Virus record (IMG/VR): IMGVR_UViG_3300008116_000137
Location: 1-58,132 of that record
Reading direction: 5' to 3' (one strand)
Length of the DNA stretch: 58,132 nt
Source of the DNA: a virus
Lineage: Duplodnaviria > Caudoviricetes
A program made the translations under genes and the position numbers. Positions 1 through 9,194 of this stretch are shown here, piece by piece; position 1 is the first letter of the stretch; each line of letters begins with the position of its first letter. The notes below the pieces were generated by a model that was given only the letters and a program-made list of their open reading frames with translations, searched no databases and was not told the origin of the DNA.

Positions 1-1
1 G

Positions 2-163
2 GGAGGAACTAATAATACGCCCGTCGCTACTTCAGTTTTCGGAGGAAGGGGTGCAAACGCAACAGTTGCTGCATCGGCTCCTGGTGGTGGAGGTTCAAGT
101 AATACAACAAATATTGTTGGCGCTCGTGGAGAAGTCCGTGTTTGGGTTTATAAGGTAGGATAA
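2..163 (+). CDS. 3' end of glycine-rich virion/fibre protein (partial), paralog of the next gene
   Basis: Frame 2 reads ...GGGGSSNTTNIVGARGEVRVWVYKVG*, the same C-terminal motif (GARGEVRVW) as 167..1045. Confidence 0.8.
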   Translation, partial: GGTNNTPVATSVFGGRGANATVAASAPGGGGSSNTTNIVGARGEVRVWVYKVG

Positions 164-166
164 CAG

Positions 167-1045
167 ATGTCAACTTTAAACGTTTCAAACGGAAATATTT
201 CAAACGTAACTATATCTGGTAGTGTTGTAGTTAATACTGTAACTTTATCAAATACTATATCAGTAGGTGCTGTCTCAATAAACACTTCTCAAATTACTGT
301 TGGTAATTCTATTGTAAATTCTTCTGTTGTTTCTGTTCCTTCATTAGTCTTATCAGGAGCAACTATCACTGGACCAATTTATGGTGCTATTGTTAACACA
401 CAAATATTTACTGCTAATGGAACATGGACCAATCCTAATGCTAATACAACATTAGGTCTTACTGGTAATGAACAAGTACTTATTATGATGTGGGCAGGTG
501 GTGGTGGTGGAGATAACACAACAACAGGTAATGGCGGTGGGGGTGGAGCTTGTTTTATCGGCATTGCCTCCTTGAGTTCCTTTGCTTCAACATGCGCTGT
601 TACCGTTGGGTCTGGTGGAGGCGTTAACAGTAAGGGTGGTAATACAAGTTTTGTTGCAAACTCTTCATCAACATATGTTGCGTATGGTGGGGGTGGTGGG
701 TCTAACTCAACAGCAGGAGGTGGTGGAGGAATTCTCTCAGATGGTAATGTAGCTGGTGCAGCGACCCAAGGAGGTGCACCTTTAGGAGGCACAGGAACGT
801 CAGCTTCAACTTTTGGTGGTGGTGGTGCTACTGGTGCTTCTATTTTTGGCGGCGGTGGTGGAGGAGCAACAACAGGTGGAAACTCGATATATGGCGGAAC
901 AGGTGGTAGTCGTCCCGGTGCTTCTGTTGGAACATCAATATTTGGAGGAACCGGGTCTCAAACTACAGGCATTATTCCCGGTGGTGGCGGCGGTTCTGGT
1001 TATGTTGGTGCACGTGGTGAAGTTAGAGTTTGGGTAATTAAATAA
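167..1045 (+). CDS. Glycine-rich-domain virion/tail-fibre-associated protein
   Basis: N/S/T/V-rich N-terminus, FTANGTWT motif, poly-Gly tracts, C-terminal GARGEVRVW; directly upstream of neck genes. Confidence 0.7.
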   Translation: MSTLNVSNGNISNVTISGSVVVNTVTLSNTISVGAVSINTSQITVGNSIVNSSVVSVPSLVLSGATITGPIYGAIVNTQIFTANGTWTNPNANTTLGLTGNEQVLIMMWAGGGGGDNTTTGNGGGGGACFIGIASLSSFASTCAVTVGSGGGVNSKGGNTSFVANSSSTYVAYGGGGGSNSTAGGGGGILSDGNVAGAATQGGAPLGGTGTSASTFGGGGATGASIFGGGGGGATTGGNSIYGGTGGSRPGASVGTSIFGGTGSQTTGIIPGGGGGSGYVGARGEVRVWVIK

Positions 1046-1047
1046 TT

Positions 1048-1055
1048 TATAAATA
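1048..1055 (+). promoter_or_regulatory. T4-type late promoter TATAAATA (gp55-dependent). Further copies at 5395, 13020, 14306, 15753, 50994, 52185, 55289 and minus strand 56242-56249
   Basis: Exact T4 late consensus immediately upstream of gp13, gp18, gp22, gp23, gp3, pmoC, tRNAs, a membrane-protein gene and the spanins. Confidence 0.85.
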
Positions 1056-1074
1056 ATTAAAAAAGGAATTACCT

Positions 1075-1815
1075 ATGGCAAACCCAACAACAAGAGCCAC
1101 ATTCAAAGAATACTGCCTAAGAGCATTAGGTAAACCAGTTATTGAAATTAACGTTGACGACGATCAAGTAGATGATCGTATTGATGAAGCTTTAAAGTAT
1201 TATTGGGATTACCATTTTGACGGTTCAGAAAAGATTTATTACAAACATCAAGTGACAGCCAATAATAAAATTGACAAATACATCACAATGCCTGAAAATA
1301 TTCTTGGCGTTGTAAATATTTTTGATGTTGGTGGTACTTTAAATACAAATAATTTATTTAATATTAGATATCAAATTGCATTAAATGATCTTTATACGTT
1401 GACTTCTGTTTCAATGGTTCCATATTACATGGCCATTCAGCATATTCAGTTTCTTGAATATCTTCTTGTCGGAAAACAACCACTAAGATATAATAGACAC
1501 ACAGATAAATTATACATTGACATGGATTGGGATAAAATTAATGAAGGTAATTATCTTCTTATAGAAGCATATGAAGTTATTGATCCAGATGTCTATATAG
1601 ACGCATGGAATGATCGTTGGTTGTTAGAATATGCCACAGCTTTAATTAAACGTCAATGGGGTAATAATCTTAAAAAGTTTGATAATATGAAACTTCCTGG
1701 TGGTTTGACTTTCAACGGTCAACAAATTTTTGATGAGGCAGAAGCAGAAATTAAAAAACTTAGACAAGAAATGATAAGTAGTTATTCGTTACCTGTTACA
1801 GACATGATTGGCTAA
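1075..1815 (+). CDS. gp13: Neck protein gp13-like
   Basis: YCLRALGKPVIEINVDDDQ start, KRQWGNNLKKF motif, T4-like synteny. Confidence 0.92.
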   Translation: MANPTTRATFKEYCLRALGKPVIEINVDDDQVDDRIDEALKYYWDYHFDGSEKIYYKHQVTANNKIDKYITMPENILGVVNIFDVGGTLNTNNLFNIRYQIALNDLYTLTSVSMVPYYMAIQHIQFLEYLLVGKQPLRYNRHTDKLYIDMDWDKINEGNYLLIEAYEVIDPDVYIDAWNDRWLLEYATALIKRQWGNNLKKFDNMKLPGGLTFNGQQIFDEAEAEIKKLRQEMISSYSLPVTDMIG

Positions 1816-1817
1816 CA

Positions 1818-2549
1818 ATGGCTACAAATTTTTACTTCAATAATTTTCAAAATAGTCAAGAACAAAATTTACTCGAAAATTTAATTATCGAGTCAATAAA
1901 AATTTATGGTCATGATGTTTTTTATCTTCCACGTAGATCAGACAATCGTGATCAATTATATGGTGCTGATCCAGAGAACTATTTTGATACAGCATATGAA
2001 GTAGAAATGTATATTAATTCTTATGACGGGTTTGGTGGCGATCAGAATTTCATGTCTAAATTTGGTTTGGAAATCAGAGACCAGATTACTTTTACTATTG
2101 CATCAAGAGTGTTTAGTGAAGAAGTAGATGTGTATGAAGAAGAGACACTTCATAGACCAAGAGAAGGCGACTTAATTTATTTCCCACTCAATGATAAATG
2201 TTTTCAAATTAAATTTGTAAATAATAAACCAATATTTTATCCATTAGGTTCATTACCAACATTCGAATTAACATGTGAATTATTCGAATACTCGTCAGAA
2301 CGTTTCTCAACTGGTATTGAAGCTATTGATAAACTTCAACAAAACTATTCTCTTGATATTCTTGATTATGCTATCAAAACAGAGGATGGATTTTATCTAC
2401 GAGACGAAGATGATGACTATATTGTATCAGAAAAATACAATATGGCAAATATAGATATTAATAATGACAACGATAAAATACAACAAGAATCTGATAACTA
2501 TTTGGATTTCACTGAAAAAGACCCATTCTCAGAAACAGGCACTTATTAA
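1818..2549 (+). CDS. gp14: Neck protein gp14-like
   Basis: ESIKIYGHDVFYLPR, SKFGLEIRD, RPREGDLIYFP motifs; synteny. Confidence 0.92.
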   Translation: MATNFYFNNFQNSQEQNLLENLIIESIKIYGHDVFYLPRRSDNRDQLYGADPENYFDTAYEVEMYINSYDGFGGDQNFMSKFGLEIRDQITFTIASRVFSEEVDVYEEETLHRPREGDLIYFPLNDKCFQIKFVNNKPIFYPLGSLPTFELTCELFEYSSERFSTGIEAIDKLQQNYSLDILDYAIKTEDGFYLRDEDDDYIVSEKYNMANIDINNDNDKIQQESDNYLDFTEKDPFSETGTY

Positions 2550-3358
2550 TGTTCGGACATACATGGTACTTTTCTACAATAAGAAAATATGTAATTTTAT
2601 TTGGAACATTGTTTAATGATGTAAGAATTACTCGTGAAGATAAAGATGGTAATGTTGTTTCATTATTAAAAGTACCACTATCATATGCTCCAAAAGAAAA
2701 AATATTAGCAAGATTTGATAGTGATCCTGAAATAAACAGACCATATTCTTCTCTTCTTCCTCGCATGTCATTTGAAATGTCATCTTTAACATATGATGGA
2801 GGAAGAAAATTACATACAATTGGCAGGACTGTTATTAAAGATTCAACTACAACTAAAAAATTAAAGTATCAATACAATCCTGTTCCATATAATTTTAATT
2901 TTAAATTGTACATCTATGTGAAAAATGCGGAAGATGCAACTAAAATCTCAGAACAAATTCTTCCTTTCTTTACACCAGATTGGACAACTACAGTTAAACT
3001 AATTCCTGAAATGAATATCAATATGGATATTCCTGTAGTTTTGGATAATATAAGTATAGAAGATAGTTATGATGGCAATTTTGCTGAAAGAAGGGCTTTG
3101 GTGTGGACTATAGACTTCACACTAAAAGGTTACATATATGGTCCTGTGAAGAAAGGTCCAATTATCAAATATGCAAATACAGTATTTTATGCTGGTTCTA
3201 AATCTGATGATAATGATCCATTTGAGTATACTGTAATAACACCAGGTCTAACGGCAAACGGAACACCAACTTCTAATGCAAGTTTGTCTATCTCAATAGA
3301 CGAAATAGAAGTCGATGATGATTTTGGATATATCGTAGATAATAACAAATTGATTTGA
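2549..3358 (+). CDS. gp15: Tail sheath stabilizer/terminator gp15-like
   Basis: FGTLFND, VPLSYAPKEK, LPRMSFE, EQILPFFTP motifs. Confidence 0.92.
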   Translation: MFGHTWYFSTIRKYVILFGTLFNDVRITREDKDGNVVSLLKVPLSYAPKEKILARFDSDPEINRPYSSLLPRMSFEMSSLTYDGGRKLHTIGRTVIKDSTTTKKLKYQYNPVPYNFNFKLYIYVKNAEDATKISEQILPFFTPDWTTTVKLIPEMNINMDIPVVLDNISIEDSYDGNFAERRALVWTIDFTLKGYIYGPVKKGPIIKYANTVFYAGSKSDDNDPFEYTVITPGLTANGTPTSNASLSISIDEIEVDDDFGYIVDNNKLI

Positions 3359-3365
3359 GATTAAA

Positions 3366-3782
3366 ATGACAGATGAAGCTAATAATGATCCTATTGCAAA
3401 TGCAATGAATATGATGCCTGTGACTAGTTTTATTGACCAATTAGAAGCTAAAGGTCATGACGATTCTGCACAGAATGACTTTGAAAAAGCAAGAGCAAAT
3501 CTTTACGAAGTTATTGATGTAGGCCAAACATCTTTAATTAAATTGGCAAAGATAGCCGAATCATCTCAACATCCAAGAGCATTTGAAGTCTTATCTAATT
3601 TGATGAAAACGATAGTTGATGCAAACAAAGATTTGTTGACACTTCAAAAACAAATTAGAGAAATAGAATTAAAAGACGAACCACATAATGAAAAAGCAAA
3701 AACAATTAACAATAATCTTTTTGTCGGTTCAACCGCAGAACTTCAAAAAATGATACAAAGTTTAAATAAAAATGAACGATAA
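3366..3782 (+). CDS. gp16: Terminase small subunit
   Basis: HPRAFEV and NNLFVGSTAELQK motifs; precedes the large terminase. Confidence 0.92.
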   Translation: MTDEANNDPIANAMNMMPVTSFIDQLEAKGHDDSAQNDFEKARANLYEVIDVGQTSLIKLAKIAESSQHPRAFEVLSNLMKTIVDANKDLLTLQKQIREIELKDEPHNEKAKTINNNLFVGSTAELQKMIQSLNKNER

Positions 3783-5382
3783 GGGGTATAACGGTAATCA
3801 ACTTTTAAAAAGATCAAATGAAACTATTGAATGGACACCTGATTTAGTTCAAGAATATATAAAGTGTTCATCAAATCCTGTTTATTTTGGTGAAAAATAT
3901 ATTAAAATTGTCAATGTTGATAAAGGTTTAGTACCTATAAAAATGTATCCATATCAAAAAGATATGGTTATGTCTCTAGCAGAAAACAGATTTACTATTG
4001 TTGCAACTGCTCGTCAGGCAGGTAAAACCACAGCTATTGTTGCTGGTATTCTTTGGTATATCATTTTTCATCCAGAAAAAACTGTTGCTCTATTGGCTAA
4101 CAAAGGCGATACAGCAAGAGAAATCCTTGGTCGTATTCAATTAGCGTATCAACATCTTCCAAAATGGCTTCAACAGGGTGTCGTAGAATGGAACAAAGGT
4201 TCATTTGTTCTAGAAAATAACTCAAGAGTTATTGCCACAGCGACATCTTCTGACGCCATTCGTGGTTATTCGATTAATTTATTGTTTATTGATGAGGCAG
4301 CGTTTATTGAAAATTGGGATGAGTTTTTCACGTCAGTTTATCCAACTATTTCTTCCGGTATATCATCAAAGATAGTTTTGGTATCGACACCGAATGGGTT
4401 AAATCATTTTCATAAAATGTGGGTGGATGCTGAAAGAGGAACAAACGGTTATAAACCTATCAAGGTTATGTGGCAAGATGTTCCTGGTAGAGATGAAAAA
4501 TGGAGACAAGATACGCTTGCTTCCATGGGTAACGATCAAGAAAAATTTGACCAAGAATATGCTGTAGAATTTTTAGGTTCATCTGGCACACTTATTGCTG
4601 GTTGGAAATTAAAAGAATTGGTTTATATGACACCATTGAATGAAAACAATGGGTTAAGTCAATATATAAAACCAGAAAAAAATCATGTGTATATATGCGT
4701 GGTCGATGTTTCCAGAGGTAAAGGTCTAGATTATTCAGCATTTCAAATAATAGACGTATCTCAAATGCCGTATATACAGGTATGTGCATATAGAGATAAT
4801 ATGACAACTCCTGCTGACTATGCCTCTATAATACATACAATGGCAAAAACATACAATAATGCCAGTGTTTTAGTAGAAATTAATGATATTGGCGGTCAGG
4901 TTGCCGATACTTTACATTATGAATTTGAATATGAAAATATAATGTATACAGAAAATAATGGTAGAATGGGTAAAAAAATATCTGCTGGATTTAAAAGTCA
5001 AGTAGATAGAGGTATCAGAACCACTAAAAATGTCAAATCGATTGGGTGTTCAATGCTTAAGCTTTTGATTGAACAGAACCAATTGATAATAAACGATCAT
5101 AATACGATATCAGAATTGAACACTTTTTCCAAGAAAAATAATAGTTTTGAGGCAGAGGTCGGTTGTCATGACGATCTGGTTATGTGTCTTGTGTTATTTT
5201 CTTGGGTTTCTGATCAAAATTATTTCAGAAATATTGTTGACATAAATACTTTGATGCAACTTAGAGATAAGTCAGAAGACGAATTGTTTGAAGAATTGTT
5301 ACCTTTTGGTTTTATGGATGATGGCTTCGATGAAAATGTTACTATAGATGATAATGGCGATAGATGGATGGCAGTTGATTAA
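3772..5382 (+). CDS. gp17: Terminase large subunit
   Basis: RQAGKTT Walker A, LLFIDEAAF Walker B, STPNG, DVSRGKGLDYS and HDDLVM nuclease motifs. Confidence 0.97.
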   Translation: MNDKGYNGNQLLKRSNETIEWTPDLVQEYIKCSSNPVYFGEKYIKIVNVDKGLVPIKMYPYQKDMVMSLAENRFTIVATARQAGKTTAIVAGILWYIIFHPEKTVALLANKGDTAREILGRIQLAYQHLPKWLQQGVVEWNKGSFVLENNSRVIATATSSDAIRGYSINLLFIDEAAFIENWDEFFTSVYPTISSGISSKIVLVSTPNGLNHFHKMWVDAERGTNGYKPIKVMWQDVPGRDEKWRQDTLASMGNDQEKFDQEYAVEFLGSSGTLIAGWKLKELVYMTPLNENNGLSQYIKPEKNHVYICVVDVSRGKGLDYSAFQIIDVSQMPYIQVCAYRDNMTTPADYASIIHTMAKTYNNASVLVEINDIGGQVADTLHYEFEYENIMYTENNGRMGKKISAGFKSQVDRGIRTTKNVKSIGCSMLKLLIEQNQLIINDHNTISELNTFSKKNNSFEAEVGCHDDLVMCLVLFSWVSDQNYFRNIVDINTLMQLRDKSEDELFEELLPFGFMDDGFDENVTIDDNGDRWMAVD

Positions 5383-5449
5383 AATATGTTATTTTATAAA
5401 TAAATTAAGAATTTAACGTTTTTTTATTCCTCATAATAGGAGATTTTCA

Positions 5450-8400
5450 ATGCCATTTCAAGTCAGTCCCGGTGTAAATGTAACAGAAATTGACCTTACG
5501 ACTATAGTTCCTGCCGTATCCACTACAGAGGGTGCATTAGCAGGTGTTTTTCGTTGGGGTCCTATTGATCAAAGAGTTCTTGTTGACAGCGAGACAATTC
5601 TAATTGATCGTTTTGCTAGACCAACAAATCTAAACCCAGAGACATGGTTTACAGCAGCTTCATTTCTAAGCTATGGTAACAGACTTTATGTTTCTCGTGC
5701 CGCTAATACAACAGGTGTTTCACCACAGGTTGATGTTGTAATTAAGGGAAATACTTCTTATGCTGATGCTACTGTATATCTAGCATCTGGAAACACAGAA
5801 AATCTCCAGTCTAATTTATATGTTATTTTCTCAAATACTGGTGTTGTTACTAATGGCGCAAGAATTTCAAGCATCGTAAATTCTACTGCATTTACATTCT
5901 CAACAAACAGTGATCTTACAGTTGCTGCAAGCGGAAGTGCTACATTCAATGCCAATACCGGTGTTGATACTAATGATTTTATTACAACAACTTCAGCACA
6001 TGGGTTTACTAATAACGATATTATTAAATATGTTGTTTCTGCCGGAAACACAGCTTTGACAGGCTTAACAAATAATGAACATTATTTTGTTGTTTCTGCC
6101 AATTCAACCGCATTTAAAGTAGCATCCACTCTTGGTGGTGCTGCAATCGATGTGACAGCATCTTCAACAGTTGAATCAGGTCATACATTCTTTAGACAGT
6201 CTGTAAAATCAACTCTTCAGCTTTTATCAAATACAGCTTTCTCAGCAGTTGTTAATACTGCAACAGTTGCTAATCTAGCTGGACAGATTGTCAAGAATGA
6301 AGATCATTTTACAACAAAATCATTTGATGACGAAGATGTAAAATTCGTTGCAAGATTCCCAGGTGAAATTGGAAATTCACTAAAAATTTCTGTTTGCGCC
6401 AATTCAACAGGTTATTCAGAAACTGTAAATCTTGCCAGTAATAATGCTACACTTACAGTAAACACAAACTCAAATACAGGTGCTATTGTATTTAATACTG
6501 TTGGTAATATTTCTTATTCAAATTCAACATTCAATGCATCATCTGGTGTTAATGGTACAACCGAATTTATCACAACATCAGCAGCACATAGTTTTGCAAA
6601 TGGTGATGTTGTTAAGTATATTGTTGCCGCAGGTAATACTGTTGTTAGTGGTTTAGCAAATGGTACTACATATTACGTTGTAGGTGCGAATTCAACAGCA
6701 CTACAACTTGCTGCTACATCTGGTGGTTCTGCATTAAACATAACAGCCGGTTCATCAGAAACAGGGCATACACTTTCAAAAGTTACAGTAACAACATCTG
6801 CTACTGCTAATGCTACAACAAAGGCTAATTTAGTCGGTAATGCTATGAATGTTACTGACAAATTAGAAGTTGGTAACACATTAATTGGTGTTCAGTATAT
6901 TAAGATTACAAATGTAAGCTCAGTATCAACAAATAATGTTGTTAATTTAACTGTATCTGTAAATACATCAGCTAATGACACTACTCTCGTTAGTCTTGCA
7001 ACTGGTACAACTGCTAATCTAATGGTAGGTGATCTAGTTCTTAGTTCATCAGATTCTGAAGTAATGAACGTAGCAGCAAATGCAGCTATTACAAGAATTG
7101 TAAACTCAACAGCATTTGTTGTCAATACCGATATTACAGTAGCAAATGGTTCAGCTACACTAGGTGTTACACAAAGCTTTACTGGCACTGCTACTCTAAC
7201 ACTAAACTTTGAAGATCAGTTTAAACTTTCCACAGATTTCTCTTCAAATACATCTGTTTCAAGATATTGGGAGTTCTTTGATCTAGTCGATAGAAGTGTT
7301 GGTCTTTCTGATTATCAGATTGGTTTCGGTAATAATGCTGTTAATTCAGACGAAATGCATGTGGTTGTTGTTGATGAAGGTGGTAAGTTTACAGGTGTAC
7401 CAGGAACAATTCTTGAAGTTTATCGTGAAATTTCAAGAGCAACAGACGCAAAAACAGTTGATGGTGCAACAAATTACTGGAAGAATGTAATTAATGACCA
7501 GTCACAGTATGTTTGGGCAGTCAATGATATTTCTGGTGCAACATCAAATACAGCAGAAAATCTAACAAGCTCAACACTTGACGTTGTTGCATACAACTTC
7601 AATCTAGGTCGTGATGGTGCAGATGAAGCCAATATTCCATTAGGTCGTCTAACAACTGCTTATGACAAGTTCAAATCAGCAGAAGATATTGATATTTCTC
7701 TAATTCTAACCGGTAAGTCAAATAACTTCCAGTTAGGTAATTATCTTATTGATAATATTGCAGAAATTCGTAAAGATTGTGTTGTCTTCATTTCACCACA
7801 AAAAGGTAATGTTGTTTCAAATATTGGCAACGAAGTAGACTCAATTATTTCATTTAGAGATAATCTACGTAGCACATCATACGCTGTTCTAGATTCTGGA
7901 TACAAGTATATGTATGATCGCTATAATGACGTTTATCGTTGGATTCCATTAAATGGTGATATTGCTGGTCTCTGTGTAAGAACAGACTCAACAAATGATC
8001 CATGGTGGTCTCCTGCTGGTTTCAATCGTGGTCAGATTAAGAATTCAATTAAACTTGCATTCAATCCACGTAAGTCTGAAAGAGATTCACTATATAAGGC
8101 TGGTGTCAATCCTGTTGTCACATTCCCAGGTCAGGGAACAGTTCTATTCGGTGATAAGACTCTTCTAGCAAAACCATCAGCATTTGATAGAATTAATGTT
8201 CGTAGATTGTTCATTGTTCTTGAGAAAGCCATTGCTACAGCATCTAAGTTTACACTATTTGAATTCAATGATGACTTTACAAGATCACAGTTCAAGAATC
8301 TTGTAGTGCCATATCTTCGTGACGTTCAGGGTCGTCGTGGTATCACTGACTTCTTGGTTGTTTGTGACGGAACAAACAATACACCAGAAGTTATTGATAG

Positions 8401-8518
8401 AAACGAGTTTATCGGTGATATCTATATCAAGCCAGCCCGTTCAATTAACTTCATTCAACTTAACTTTATTGCTGTTAGAACTGGTGTAGCCTTCTCAGAA
8501 GTAGTCGGCAAGTTCTAA
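5450..8518 (+). CDS. gp18: Tail sheath protein with large inserted domains (1022 aa)
   Basis: SPGVNVTEIDLT start; PWWSPAGFNRG and FDRINVRRLF motifs. Confidence 0.96.
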   Translation: MPFQVSPGVNVTEIDLTTIVPAVSTTEGALAGVFRWGPIDQRVLVDSETILIDRFARPTNLNPETWFTAASFLSYGNRLYVSRAANTTGVSPQVDVVIKGNTSYADATVYLASGNTENLQSNLYVIFSNTGVVTNGARISSIVNSTAFTFSTNSDLTVAASGSATFNANTGVDTNDFITTTSAHGFTNNDIIKYVVSAGNTALTGLTNNEHYFVVSANSTAFKVASTLGGAAIDVTASSTVESGHTFFRQSVKSTLQLLSNTAFSAVVNTATVANLAGQIVKNEDHFTTKSFDDEDVKFVARFPGEIGNSLKISVCANSTGYSETVNLASNNATLTVNTNSNTGAIVFNTVGNISYSNSTFNASSGVNGTTEFITTSAAHSFANGDVVKYIVAAGNTVVSGLANGTTYYVVGANSTALQLAATSGGSALNITAGSSETGHTLSKVTVTTSATANATTKANLVGNAMNVTDKLEVGNTLIGVQYIKITNVSSVSTNNVVNLTVSVNTSANDTTLVSLATGTTANLMVGDLVLSSSDSEVMNVAANAAITRIVNSTAFVVNTDITVANGSATLGVTQSFTGTATLTLNFEDQFKLSTDFSSNTSVSRYWEFFDLVDRSVGLSDYQIGFGNNAVNSDEMHVVVVDEGGKFTGVPGTILEVYREISRATDAKTVDGATNYWKNVINDQSQYVWAVNDISGATSNTAENLTSSTLDVVAYNFNLGRDGADEANIPLGRLTTAYDKFKSAEDIDISLILTGKSNNFQLGNYLIDNIAEIRKDCVVFISPQKGNVVSNIGNEVDSIISFRDNLRSTSYAVLDSGYKYMYDRYNDVYRWIPLNGDIAGLCVRTDSTNDPWWSPAGFNRGQIKNSIKLAFNPRKSERDSLYKAGVNPVVTFPGQGTVLFGDKTLLAKPSAFDRINVRRLFIVLEKAIATASKFTLFEFNDDFTRSQFKNLVVPYLRDVQGRRGITDFLVVCDGTNNTPEVIDRNEFIGDIYIKPARSINFIQLNFIAVRTGVAFSEVVGKF

Positions 8519-8553
8519 TAAATAGTTATAAACAAAACAGGAGTTAAAAACAA

Positions 8554-9162
8554 ATGGCTTTCAATATTGACACTTTTAAATCACAAGGTCTTGCGCTAGG
8601 TGGCGCAAGACCATCCCTCTTTCGTGTAAGACTATTTTTTCCAGCAGTAATTGCAGGTAAAAGTGCTGCTGAACAAGAATCAGTTTTTCATGTAAGAGCA
8701 GGACAAATGCCAGCTTCAACATTAGGTACTGTTGAAGTTCCTTATTTTGGTCGTAAGATTAAATTAGCTGGTGATAGAACATTCACTGATTGGACTGTTA
8801 CAATCATGAATGATGAAGATTTTCTTCTAAGAAATGCTCTTGAAGAATGGTCAAATGCAATCAATACATTAGTATCAAATAGATTAAATCCTGCTGTTGC
8901 TGGTAATATTGCTGGTACAACTGGTAATTATAAAACAGATTTGTTTGTTGATCAGTATGCCAAAGACGGTCCATCTGATGAACAAGGTATCATTAGATCA
9001 TACCGTTTCGTTGGTGCATTTCCAACAGAAATTGGTACAATCAATCTTGATTGGGATACAACAAATCAGATTGAAACATTTGATACAACATTTGCATATG
9101 ATTATTGGGTTCCAGAACCAGTAAATACACCAGCGTATTCACCAATTCTAAATCCCGCTTAA
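8554..9162 (+). CDS. gp19: Tail tube protein
   Basis: GGARPSLF, GRKIKLAGDRTF..W, FAYDYW motifs. Confidence 0.95.
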   Translation: MAFNIDTFKSQGLALGGARPSLFRVRLFFPAVIAGKSAAEQESVFHVRAGQMPASTLGTVEVPYFGRKIKLAGDRTFTDWTVTIMNDEDFLLRNALEEWSNAINTLVSNRLNPAVAGNIAGTTGNYKTDLFVDQYAKDGPSDEQGIIRSYRFVGAFPTEIGTINLDWDTTNQIETFDTTFAYDYWVPEPVNTPAYSPILNPA

Positions 9163-9194
9163 TTTTTTTGAAACTAACTTTTAGGTAAATTATA

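Noticed and set aside
379-792. Proline-rich minus-strand ORF
   Set aside because: Antisense shadow of Gly codons in 167..1045
5758-7490. Several ORFs within gp18 on other frames/strand
   Set aside because: Shadows of the low-complexity sheath insert
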